From contig CAXXLX010000002.1 in NCBI GenBank assembly GCA_963665235.2, positions 160,001 through 224,000 of the forward strand: a stretch of DNA of 64,000 nt, given 5' to 3'. Of this stretch, positions 1 to 9,434 are shown in pieces. The notes beneath the pieces were generated by a model that saw only the letters and a program-made list of their open reading frames with translations, made no database searches and was not told the origin of the DNA. Origin of the DNA: Candidatus Poribacteria bacterium. GTDB taxonomy: Bacteria > Poribacteria > WGA-4E > WGA-3G. Position 1 is the first letter of the stretch; each line of letters begins with the position of its first letter. The translations under genes and the position numbers were made by a program.

Positions 1-37
1 TTTCTTTTGGATCGCTTTTCGCAAGTAATATTGGCAT
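1..37 (-). CDS. cas3: Cas3 N-terminus (truncated by window edge)
   Basis: ATG at 37 with GGAG upstream reads MPILLAKSDPKE, the usual LAKS start of the Cas3 HD domain; directly downstream of cas5. Confidence 0.6.
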   Translation of the reverse strand, partial: MPILLAKSDPKE

Positions 38-63
38 AGATTTTCTCTCCTACGAAATTCGGG

Positions 64-804
64 TTAAATGTCAAAAAGTTGCATCTGTTCTCCGCTCACG
101 TTCGGAATTTCATGCTCTTTGTCAATCGGTTTCTTGCTTTTCTCAATTGGAACTGTAAATTCCCCGGGGATGCGTTCGTGCAAATACACCCCCCAGTCCT
201 TTTCTGAATCGTGCAAGACCTTACCGTTGTATTTAATCGGCTCTGTTACGAGACAATAGGCTCGAATACCGCAAGGTCGACGAGGAATTTCCGCCGTAAA
301 GTGCGTAGGTAACGCTTGCACCTGTCCGTGAAGCTGCTCATCAGGAAAAGGGAGTATCGTATTTTGATAGGTTGTCTCCGCCTTATCCTCCAGTTCAATT
401 TCCTTTACAGATTTGACGGTCGCTAAATCAGAAGAACGTCCCAAAAGCAAGGCGTAACGGGGCCGTTCAAAGGCCCCCTTTAGACATATCTCCGGGGTAT
501 AGAGATAAAGTTCCGGTTGAACGAGAAATTCGCGTTTGTTGACATTAGATTTCCCTTTTAATAAATTTTTCCCTTTGTATGGAAATTCGTAAACAGTTTC
601 CAAATCAACAGACTTTCCTTTACTCTGAAAAACAAATCCAATGGCGACATCATGCGGTGTGACCCAATCACCTTTTGCAGCAGTAAGGAGGCCATAAAGT
701 GTCGACAGCGGGGGCAACGGAAGAGTCGGTTGGAATCCGCTAATAAATAGCGGATTCCGAAACGAGGCAACCCACCCGGTAATGTGAACGCGAATCACTT
801 TCAT
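64..804 (-). CDS. cas5: Type I-B Cas5 with C-terminal extension
   Basis: ASFRNP...QPTLPLPPLSTLYGLL N-terminal motif, LLLGRSSDL glycine loop, operon position. Confidence 0.92.
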   Translation of the reverse strand: MKVIRVHITGWVASFRNPLFISGFQPTLPLPPLSTLYGLLTAAKGDWVTPHDVAIGFVFQSKGKSVDLETVYEFPYKGKNLLKGKSNVNKREFLVQPELYLYTPEICLKGAFERPRYALLLGRSSDLATVKSVKEIELEDKAETTYQNTILPFPDEQLHGQVQALPTHFTAEIPRRPCGIRAYCLVTEPIKYNGKVLHDSEKDWGVYLHERIPGEFTVPIEKSKKPIDKEHEIPNVSGEQMQLFDI

Positions 805-1817
805 GGTGAATCCTCAACATGTTCCTCCAACTTTTCTGCAAGCTGGGCAATTACCTTGTTTGGCGAATCATAAACGACTTCGTTGCGGTCATCTGCCAAT
901 GCAGAAAGGTCCTCGTCTAACTCATCCATAAACCCGCTCCGCCTGCCGATGTAAATTGTGTCACAGAACCGATCTTCGTAATCATCCATAACTTCGCGGA
1001 GTGCGTCGAGGCTAAGTTGACCGCCTTCGTCTTTCTCAACAACGAGATTCATGAAAGGGTGATTCCCGCCATCAAGGACAGACAGGATGATTAATTTAGG
1101 TGTAACGTCGGTGAGATGAGATGTTAACTTTGCGCCGCCACTGAGGAGTGGGAGTGCCTCAAGCGTTTGCCGGCATCGGCGAACCCGTGTCTCTTTTGGG
1201 AGTACCCACACCGGCTTTTCACCAACTTGTGTGCCTCCTGCGTCTTGGATAGTCTGAACATAACTTGGAGTAATATTCTTATAACCTGTCCTATTAATAT
1301 CCGAGAATGTCCCAACCGCGCTAAGGTCCAAAGAAAAAATACCCTTAAGCACACATGAATAGAACTCATGTATGTGAATCGCAGGAAATTCTTCCTGTCT
1401 CGCCATTACGCCATAATCTGGAGTAGGTCGTTGGGGTTCAATTGAAATCAGCGGTGAATTTTTCAATGGTGAAACGCGGGTAACAGTTTCTTTAGGTTTT
1501 CCCTTTGGTGCTCTCATATAACCGAAGACATCATCGTCGTCATATACCGCTGGGGAAGCATCGGTGTAGACAACCTGAGTGTGCCCTTTACCACTACGCG
1601 TGATTGGAGAAACGTTCCAACTAAACTCATTTTCCAGCGTAGTTCGCCACCAATTTCGCCAAGCTTGTCCAGAGACATAAGGATAAGGGTCTTTTCCTCT
1701 TCTCAAGACTTTGACCTTAACGATGTTTTCTGCTCTTTCTGATAGATCTTCTCCTGCGTTGTTTAGCGCAGAATAAGGGGCATCAATTAGGGTTAATCCA
1801 ATAAGGTGTTTAGACAT
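801..1817 (-). CDS. cas7: Type I-B Cas7 (Cst2/DevR)
   Basis: ALNNAG, YPYVSGQAWR.WWR, DDDVFGYM, TRVSPL motifs. Confidence 0.93.
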   Translation of the reverse strand: MSKHLIGLTLIDAPYSALNNAGEDLSERAENIVKVKVLRRGKDPYPYVSGQAWRNWWRTTLENEFSWNVSPITRSGKGHTQVVYTDASPAVYDDDDVFGYMRAPKGKPKETVTRVSPLKNSPLISIEPQRPTPDYGVMARQEEFPAIHIHEFYSCVLKGIFSLDLSAVGTFSDINRTGYKNITPSYVQTIQDAGGTQVGEKPVWVLPKETRVRRCRQTLEALPLLSGGAKLTSHLTDVTPKLIILSVLDGGNHPFMNLVVEKDEGGQLSLDALREVMDDYEDRFCDTIYIGRRSGFMDELDEDLSALADDRNEVVYDSPNKVIAQLAEKLEEHVEDSP

Positions 1818-1819
1818 GA

Positions 1820-2212
1820 TTAGTCCTCCTCATTTGCTTCGGTTTCAGATACATCGTCTGCATCCGATGTATTATCTTCGTCAAAATCAACAAAACCTTT
1901 TTCTTGCAACCAATTATGGAGTCGTTCATAAACACGAAAAAGCAGCAAGTCGCGTGTCTCCCCAAACTTCGTTGCACTAGAATCTTCGCTTTCTGGGAAA
2001 AGATGTTCCATATAATCGTCAATTGAAAAAAGCGGGTTCGGTGCTCCCTGTTTAATTCTCTCCCGAATGATATATAATAGGACGTTTCGGCACGCCTCGT
2101 AACTTTTGGCACGTTCCAACCGAACAAGTCGCTTATCGCTTCCAGATTTGCGGATGCATTCTGCGATGAGATCGCCGACTTGTTTAATTTTTTCAAGTCG
2201 TGTTTGTTCCAT
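1820..2212 (-). CDS. cas11: Cas11 small subunit from an internal start in cas8 (130 aa)
   Basis: AAAGGAGG + 8 nt + in-frame ATG (MEQTRLEKIK); internal cas11 translation is established for I-B/I-C/I-D. Confidence 0.75.
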   Translation of the reverse strand: MEQTRLEKIKQVGDLIAECIRKSGSDKRLVRLERAKSYEACRNVLLYIIRERIKQGAPNPLFSIDDYMEHLFPESEDSSATKFGETRDLLLFRVYERLHNWLQEKGFVDFDEDNTSDADDVSETEANEED

Positions 2213-3226
2213 AGTTCTAACCTCCTTTAGGTAGAGGGAAAGCAATTCCCAATTTCCGCGTGGTTTTCGGATTCGCCTATTTAAAAAGTATCCAAGAATT
2301 GAGACGTCTTGCAACAGGTTTTCATACACACGGTTTGCCCGGTTCTTGTAATCTTTTTCGGATTTCACTTCATCCCAATTGACTTTCCGTAACCGCTTCG
2401 GACAATTTCCTGCCAAGCGGTTTTAAATTCGCCTTGATACACAACGCGCAAAAATCGAAACATTGGGGCAGGCATATAGAAAATTTCAAGTTCAGGGTTT
2501 GTCGTTATAATTTGTAAAGCAGTAAACCTGCATAGATATATTCTCATCAGCACGCATTTCCTGATATTGTGTCATTTCCCGAGCCATGTAGAACACACCG
2601 TTGCGTGGATTTGCGTAGCCAGGGTTAAAACATCCCGTTATGTCTTTTCGAAGGTGTTGATCGCGAATATCCTTGATACAGACCCGTCGCCCAACTCCTC
2701 AATGCCTTCCATGAATTAGAATGGAGTGTAAGAAACCTACCACCAGTTGCCATGAATACCAATGGGGATAACTGAATAGCAATAGCACATGCAGAACAGT
2801 AACCTGTCCCCTCAACGAAAGGCAGAAAAAAAGTTACGTAATCCGCCAGATCCTGTTAAAGGTATGTCTTGTTTTTAAAAGAAAAATGTTGGCATCCCGT
2901 CTACCGCATCCCATACAATCCCCAGTTTGGTCCAAATCGCAGATAGTTTCCAAATAATTTTTGCACTCCTCTTTAAGTAATTCAACACGATTTCGCTTAC
3001 TGTACGCAGGGTTAGTCAAAACACTATTTGGAAAAATACTGTGTAAATTTCCCCAACCAGCATTTGTTTGCATCATCGGCGCAACATCATTAACAACCTT
3101 CTCAAGGTCATCAGGGGTAATCTGCTCAGGTTGGACACCGCGCCCTAACCATTCACAGATTCCACAAACACCAGCATCCACAAATGGATTGCCCATCAAT
3201 TTTTCATAGATTGGCATGCTATTCAC
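1820..3226 (-). pseudogene. cas8: Cas8 (Cst1-type, CxxC-CxxC) broken by about 5 single-base frameshifts; real decay or sequencing error
   Basis: GNPFVDAG and CMGC, then after manual reframing IPLTGSGGLRNFF, YCSAC, FTNY; net +3 nt puts start and stop in the same frame. Confidence 0.85.
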
Positions 3227-3545
3227 CTCCTTTCAAAAATATTTAGTTTAGATCAGACCGAGTCTTACCCTATTTTGTCACCGCACTAGTGCTGCCATAA
3301 ACGGCCTGCTCCGATAGAGCAGCAGAAACAGCACATCGCGTTGCTAAACATATCGCTCCGATGGAGCGGAAATCACCAGAAAAGCGTATCTATCTATTGG
3401 GGTCGGTAGCATATTTAAGCGCGGTTTCAAGGCAACTCGCGTCTTGGAATTCAGGTTTTCGTACGATAAATCGCCCTTGCCAATATTAACGGGCGATAAA
3501 TCACTCTTGCCCCAAATAGGTTTCCGTATTACTCAAACCTACGTA

Positions 3546-3574
3546 ATTATACCATATAAATTAGCATTTGTCAA
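3546..3574 (-). promoter_or_regulatory. Consensus sigma70 promoter for the cas8-cas7-cas5-cas3 operon
   Basis: TTGACA-17 nt-TATAAT with extended TG. Confidence 0.8.
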
Positions 3575-3593
3575 ATTAAAATTTATTTATCGT

Positions 3594-4346
3594 TTACAAC
3601 CCCACCATTCCAAAACCGGCACTATTCTTATCCCCAAACCCGCATTCGTAGCCGACCTGAATAAGCGAAGGACTACCTGTCACCGTAAACGGACACAGCA
3701 CACCCCGAATTTTAATACCTTTAAAATCCACCAGACGCGTAACGCGGCCCCGTTTTCGTTGTATATAGGCAGTATCATAACGAAAAGTTAACGAATCATC
3801 AGCAGGCGTGCGGCCGTAAATCGCCTGATGTTTACCTATTAAGTTTTGACGAACAAGCGACGAAAACTCCGGGTCGTCTGGTAAACAGTAATGCGTTCCC
3901 TCTTTTCCATCTCGTTCCCGTACAGTAGACATAGTAATAGGAGAGAGGCATCGGAACCGCATCTCCTGTCGAAAATGGGGAACGCGCGGCACCCTTACAT
4001 CTTCGACCCGTAGCTGGTGCCTGCCGATATCTAAACTGCCCACGGTAAGCAACGTATCCGCAAAATGCGACAAAAATTGTTCTACAGGAGAAGACACAAA
4101 CCACATCAGAGTTGATTTAAAATGGATTAACTCACCGTCGATGCGTCTCCGGTCCGCCATCAGTTGTGAGAAGGTAAAAAGTTTGAAACGTTTCGCATCC
4201 GCATGGTATCCATCATCGTGTAAAAAGCTAGCGTATTCCGGATTAGACTCAGCGAGGAAACGATAGATGATACCTGTGAGTAGGTGATTATAGTTAATAG
4301 GTAGGGTTATACCGTTGCCTACATCGGCAAGGATATGAATTCGCAT
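3594..4346 (-). CDS. cas6: Cas6 endoribonuclease
   Basis: FKLFTFS motif and C-terminal GFGDKNSAGFG loop. Confidence 0.95.
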   Translation of the reverse strand: MRIHILADVGNGITLPINYNHLLTGIIYRFLAESNPEYASFLHDDGYHADAKRFKLFTFSQLMADRRRIDGELIHFKSTLMWFVSSPVEQFLSHFADTLLTVGSLDIGRHQLRVEDVRVPRVPHFRQEMRFRCLSPITMSTVRERDGKEGTHYCLPDDPEFSSLVRQNLIGKHQAIYGRTPADDSLTFRYDTAYIQRKRGRVTRLVDFKGIKIRGVLCPFTVTGSPSLIQVGYECGFGDKNSAGFGMVGL

Positions 4347-4513
4347 AGAATTACCTCCAATTTGTCGTAGGGGCGAGGTCCCCTTGTCCGCTAGGTCTCC
4401 CTATTATTTCGTTGTTGGAAACCTATGGCTGTTGGCTTCATGGCAAGAAATATAAAAGCCCTCTTCTCTTTTCTTTCTCTTGCTAATCGCCAATCGCCAA
4501 GCGCCAATTACTA

Positions 4514-5110
4514 TCATAGTCCTTGCCGAAGCGCAACCGCAGCAAGCAAAATTAACAGCGAAACAACACCCATCAGACTTGACACAACAGCCATCTGCGT
4601 CCGTAACCGTTTCACTTCAGGTGGAAGCTCTGTCAGCTCCGGGTCTAATCCCTCAATTGCCGTAGACAATCTCGGACCGAAAAACGCGCTATGCAAAAAC
4701 GTCAGCACAATCAGCACCAGAAACAGCATCAGTTTAATAAACAGCGTCCGCATAAAGGTATTGATAAATTCGGAGGAGCTGACAACGGTAGAGTCCACTG
4801 CGTCGGGGGGACCCCCAGGTGTACCCACATCCGCGACATCTACACCTTGGTAGTCTACATTGAGATAGAGGTTAAAATCTACTGCGTCGAAAATATTAGC
4901 AATACCCGTAAAAAGCAGCACCAACACACATCCCCAGACAACAGGTTGGAACCGTTTACCAATCTGCGTCAGAAGTTGTATCCGCTGAACAGGCGGTAAT
5001 TTATGCTTAAAGTAAGGCACAATCACCATTGCCAAAATCAGGTTTCCGCCAATCCATATAACAGCAGCCATAACATGTAACCATCGAATAAATAACCAGA
5101 GTATTTCCAT
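4514..5110 (-). CDS. CopD/DUF4149-like membrane protein
   Basis: WLHVMAAVIWIGG motif, four hydrophobic helices. Confidence 0.65.
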   Translation of the reverse strand: MEILWLFIRWLHVMAAVIWIGGNLILAMVIVPYFKHKLPPVQRIQLLTQIGKRFQPVVWGCVLVLLFTGIANIFDAVDFNLYLNVDYQGVDVADVGTPGGPPDAVDSTVVSSSEFINTFMRTLFIKLMLFLVLIVLTFLHSAFFGPRLSTAIEGLDPELTELPPEVKRLRTQMAVVSSLMGVVSLLILLAAVALRQGL

Positions 5111-5135
5111 TTTGTCAAATTCCTTTTCTTACACT

Positions 5136-5376
5136 AACGTGAGCTTGATAATAAATGTCCGTTTGCACTAACCTCTATAAAGATATCGTCCTTAAGAGCA
5201 GGCTGCTTGCCTGAATACTGGGACTAAGAGTTGGGGAGGAGACGGTTTTCTATAAAGATATCGTCCCTACGGGACTAAAAGTTAGGAAGTGAACGTCTTT
5301 TTCTATAAACATATCGTCCCTAAGGAGCAAGCTGGTTGCCCAAATACTAAGAGAAAACTTTTTTCAAACTCACGTT
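5136..5376. mobile_element. MITE family A copy with REP cargo
   Basis: TIR AACGTGAGCTTGA / TCAAACTCACGTT, TSD TACACT. Confidence 0.85.
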
Positions 5377-5387
5377 TACACTAAATT

Positions 5388-6986
5388 CTACAATACCGTA
5401 TCCACGTGATAGATGACCGCCTCAGCGCGAGAGATTAACGCCTGCTGTTCCTCCGTAGTCAGCGGTGCCGGTGCAAATCGAAGATAATTGCACTGCGTCA
5501 GAATATCCTCTAATTCCTGTAGAATAGGTTTTGATATACCCGCCTGCGCGCCGATGCGCTGAACTTCAGCAGTAGTACGTTGTGACAAACCCAACGTTTC
5601 CTCTAGGTATTGATACACGGTTTGAGCGAGAGCATCCCCGAACATCTTCGCGCTCCCCCCAGTTTTACTACTCGCTAGACTTTTGAGTGTCGAAAGAGCT
5701 TGTTCCCTTACGTTTGGAGGCGCGTCCCGTGTCGCCATTTCTGTTGTCGGCGTTGACTTCTTGCGATACCACACAAACCCTCCGCCTGCAAGGCCAGCGA
5801 GGAGCAGTGCTATCAGAAACAGAAATATCCCCCACTTCCACAGAGCCGGACCGCTTTCACCGTCATCAACAACGTTCGGGTTAGGCGACACATTTATCCG
5901 TATCCGCGTCGTTTCGGTCGTTTGATACGCCGGACGGTGCGGATTGAAATAGACATATTTAATCGCCGGTATCCACACTGTGCCTTCTTGCGATGGAATT
6001 AAAGCGTAGGTATAGACATGCCCCCCTATAGTTGTCTCTTCAACCTGAGACTGCGTACCTACCCGCACCCCTGGAATCGTCGGCAGCTTTGGAGGTGTCA
6101 CCGTTTGCATGTTCCCTTCACCCTCAATTTTTAGCGAGAATGAAAGTGCTCTGCCAACCTCAATTCGGTTACGGTCGATATGTGCGCTGATATTGTACTC
6201 CCCGACCGCCCCCGTAAAATTCGGTGGTCTTCCGATTTCAGGAAGCGGCTGCACAGTCAGCACCACCGTCCCCGTCTTAAGCGTCTTGGGGGCCCCTTTA
6301 ATGGGCAGAATAAGGTTAGCGGGCTGAATCACAATCTTTCCTATTTTCTGCGGATACAAACGTCTCGTCACCTCTTCCACCTGATACGTTTTACCCTCTA
6401 TCTGAACGGTCGTTTCTGTTTCAGTCGGGGGCTCTTCCGATAAAAAATCGGGCAACTCGGGAAGCACAGGAGCCGGGGATTCTTCAGTCGGCAGCACGAC
6501 TGTATAGAGGTAACGGAATCGGTATTCAATTCCCTCATTCAGGTAAGGTTTACGATTACTAACATCCGCCAGAACTTTATGAATGCCACCCGTTGATGGG
6601 CTCACGTAAGTGTCAAGTGCCCCGACAACGATTTTCCCAGGATTCGCAAAATACGGCACCCCTTGGTAAGAGAATTGAACATCCGAGAGTGCAATCTCGC
6701 CAACCTGCTTCGGGATAAGTTGATAAGCCCACGCCATGGTGACCGCCACTTTATCATCAACTAATCGGGGGGTTGTTTTCGTATGCAGCGGTACAGCGAG
6801 GAAGCCCGGCAAAAAATTGAAAGTCGGCGCACCGATATGTTTCATCAACGTCTTTCCGGAGATAGTCAGTTCCAGCGTCGCCCGCTCGTCAAATCGGATA
6901 TGCCGTGGGCTAACAACTGCAGCAACGTTGACATCTTGGCTATGCACCGCCGGCGCAACGAGGAGAAGCACCAGACAAATGCACAT
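5388..6986 (-). CDS. batD: BatD-family protein
   Basis: Signal peptide, FTGAVG and IEGEGN motifs, C-terminal TM and LRFAP tail; start reassigned to 6986. Confidence 0.75.
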   Translation of the reverse strand: MCICLVLLLVAPAVHSQDVNVAAVVSPRHIRFDERATLELTISGKTLMKHIGAPTFNFLPGFLAVPLHTKTTPRLVDDKVAVTMAWAYQLIPKQVGEIALSDVQFSYQGVPYFANPGKIVVGALDTYVSPSTGGIHKVLADVSNRKPYLNEGIEYRFRYLYTVVLPTEESPAPVLPELPDFLSEEPPTETETTVQIEGKTYQVEEVTRRLYPQKIGKIVIQPANLILPIKGAPKTLKTGTVVLTVQPLPEIGRPPNFTGAVGEYNISAHIDRNRIEVGRALSFSLKIEGEGNMQTVTPPKLPTIPGVRVGTQSQVEETTIGGHVYTYALIPSQEGTVWIPAIKYVYFNPHRPAYQTTETTRIRINVSPNPNVVDDGESGPALWKWGIFLFLIALLLAGLAGGGFVWYRKKSTPTTEMATRDAPPNVREQALSTLKSLASSKTGGSAKMFGDALAQTVYQYLEETLGLSQRTTAEVQRIGAQAGISKPILQELEDILTQCNYLRFAPAPLTTEEQQALISRAEAVIYHVDTVL

Positions 6987-7008
6987 AGCTCCCCAACCTA
7001 TCAGCCGT

Positions 7009-7632
7009 TTACCAATCTTTTTCCCGGCGCAGCCCGCGTTTAAGTTTTTCCTGACGTGTCTTTTGTCGTAATCTATTTTCATTCTTGCTAAGTTCTTCCA
7101 AAAGCCGAAGAGCGTCCGATTTAGCGATATCCTTCGGTTCCGTTTTTTCCGAGTCCTGTTTCTGCTGTGTAGTGCTATCCGCTTGAGCATTCAGCTGCTG
7201 TTTCAGCAGTTGCCGTGCCAATTTCAGGTTATACCTTGCATCCGCATCATGCGGGTTCAAACGGAGCACCTGCTCGTAAGACGAGATGGCACCGGTAAGG
7301 TCCCCCATTTTAAACTGAGCGTTTCCCAAATTATAATACGCTACCGTTTCATCTCCCAGTTTTTCTCTACTTGTCAGAGATGTCTGAAACGCCGCAGCTG
7401 CCGCTTTAAACCTACCACTTTTATAGAGAGCAGTACCGAGGTTATAATGCACGATAGGGTTATCAGGTTTTTGGCGTATAGCATCCTGAAAAGCGTTGTG
7501 TGCCTCGTCATACTTACCCAGCCAAAACGCCTCATTTCCTGCCTGCATCGTGCGCGTCCAATTTCCGAACCACCCCCCAAGCAGCAGTAACAGCAAAATT
7601 ATAAGTCCAACGTGAGCTATTGTCCTATCCAT
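7009..7632 (-). CDS. TPR protein, BatC-like
   Basis: YNLGTALY, YNLGNAQF and ARYNL TPRs, C-terminal EKDW; adjacent to batD. Confidence 0.75.
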   Translation of the reverse strand: MDRTIAHVGLIILLLLLLGGWFGNWTRTMQAGNEAFWLGKYDEAHNAFQDAIRQKPDNPIVHYNLGTALYKSGRFKAAAAAFQTSLTSREKLGDETVAYYNLGNAQFKMGDLTGAISSYEQVLRLNPHDADARYNLKLARQLLKQQLNAQADSTTQQKQDSEKTEPKDIAKSDALRLLEELSKNENRLRQKTRQEKLKRGLRREKDW

Positions 7633-7822
7633 AGTAAAATCACATCTGTAGTTTTAGAAAATTATATCACAATCCAAACTAGAATGCAAAGTTTTGAAAA
7701 AACGGATTAACCGATTTTGCTTGACAATCATCTCTCATAAATGTATACTATTAAAACGAATCGAATTTAAAAACCGGCGCGGTTTCATTTACGTGACCGG
7801 TCCTGTGAAAAGGAGAATCAAC

Positions 7823-8476
7823 ATGAAGAGCATCTCTATTTTAACAACGTTAGTCCTCATAATCGCATCGGGGTTCGCTTATGCCGCCGAAACCCCCGCT
7901 GTATCAGGCGACTATATTGAGGCACGTTCAGCCAGTGTATATGTCGGCGCGTGTCATTTCGGGGCTGAATTTGTAGAAGGCGGCACCGAAGCAACCCTTG
8001 TCTGGCACATTCAACGCGGAACTTGGAACGATGTGTCCCTCAAAGGCTTAACCGTCGTCGCTGTTATCAGTGCGAAAAACAACCTTGCAATTGACAAGAA
8101 AACCCGTAAAACCGTGTTATATGTGGATAAAAAAGCCACACCTGAACAACGTGCCGCGGTGCGTGACATGCTTGTCACAAAGCGCGCCGATGTGCTCGGG
8201 AACGTAATTTCAACACAAATCGCCCCCATAACCTTCACGAAAAAGGGAACGCGATACAACGTAGCGGTTGGCAAAGTCCTAACGCTCACAGCAAACCGCT
8301 ACCCGTGCGTCAATTGCACACAGCCACATCAAATTTGGTATGAACCGCTGACACAGATACGGAATGCCATCGTCGGCAAATCCGAAGTTTACCGTTATAA
8401 AGACACGCATCTCTCCGTAACCTGGAGCCAAGGGGATGCAGCAAACAACGTCTTTGTCGGCGACTTTTCAATGTAA
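7823..8476 (+). CDS. Secreted DUF1326-like protein
   Basis: AGGAG RBS, signal peptide, GDYIEAR.A.VY.GAC motif. Confidence 0.55.
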   Translation: MKSISILTTLVLIIASGFAYAAETPAVSGDYIEARSASVYVGACHFGAEFVEGGTEATLVWHIQRGTWNDVSLKGLTVVAVISAKNNLAIDKKTRKTVLYVDKKATPEQRAAVRDMLVTKRADVLGNVISTQIAPITFTKKGTRYNVAVGKVLTLTANRYPCVNCTQPHQIWYEPLTQIRNAIVGKSEVYRYKDTHLSVTWSQGDAANNVFVGDFSM

Positions 8477-8528
8477 AATCTAAGTGTCTGTAGTTGCCTT
8501 GCCGTAACTATAGACACTACCTCTAGGA

Positions 8529-9386
8529 ATGTTAATGCACACAAGTACACCCCCCGAGGAACGGAAATTTAGACTGACCCCCGAAGAGCAAGCCACCTGG
8601 GAGGAAAACGGATACTTTATCCGTTACGACGTTTTCACCGAACAAGAAAACGACGTGCTACGGCATATCGCTGATGACATTGCCCTCGGAAAACGAGCCT
8701 TCCCAGCCGCAAATATTAATCAAAACGCATTAGTCAGAGACGGAAAAGCCGAAGCCACCGGTATTCACGCCCTGCACAAAATTCACCATGTGAGCTGTTT
8801 CTGTCCAGAATTCCTTGCACGCGTCCGCGACCCGCGCCTAACAGACCCGATTGTTGACCTACTCGGCCCAGATATCCTGGGACTTAACAATCTTTATATC
8901 TGGAAATCCCCCAAAATTGGACTAGGCTTCCCATGGCATCAGGATAAGTGGTATTTCAACCACCAGTATAAAACTGACATGACAGTCGCAACATGGACCG
9001 CTATTGACGCAGCAGATAAAGACAACGGGTGTCTCTATGTTATCCCCGGTAGCCACAAACACGGTGTTCAAAAGCACGAAGACCTTGAAGGCTCACAACA
9101 GGACGAATTTAAGATAGTACGCGCTGCCCGGGACGAAGATGGCATCGCCCTTGAATTACCCCCTGGCGGCGTAGTTTGGTTCAACAGTCAAGTCCTTCAT
9201 AAAAGCACCGATAATCACAGTGACCGCTTCCGACGAAGCAACGTCGCCCATTATATCAGTGCAAAAGCAGAGCGTATCCCTCGGAAGAATGTAAAAAACG
9301 TACGGCCTGTCATGTGGGTTCGCGGTAAAATACACCCAGATAAAATATCTCCAGTCCATCGGGACGTTTTACCCATCCCACAATAG
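8529..9386 (+). CDS. Phytanoyl-CoA dioxygenase (PhyH) family protein
   Basis: WHQD, NGCL.VIPGSH, LHKS..N motifs. Confidence 0.9.
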   Translation: MLMHTSTPPEERKFRLTPEEQATWEENGYFIRYDVFTEQENDVLRHIADDIALGKRAFPAANINQNALVRDGKAEATGIHALHKIHHVSCFCPEFLARVRDPRLTDPIVDLLGPDILGLNNLYIWKSPKIGLGFPWHQDKWYFNHQYKTDMTVATWTAIDAADKDNGCLYVIPGSHKHGVQKHEDLEGSQQDEFKIVRAARDEDGIALELPPGGVVWFNSQVLHKSTDNHSDRFRRSNVAHYISAKAERIPRKNVKNVRPVMWVRGKIHPDKISPVHRDVLPIPQ

Positions 9387-9434
9387 GAAAATTCAGTTTT
9401 TCGCGGATAACACAGACCCACATCAGGAGGAAAC

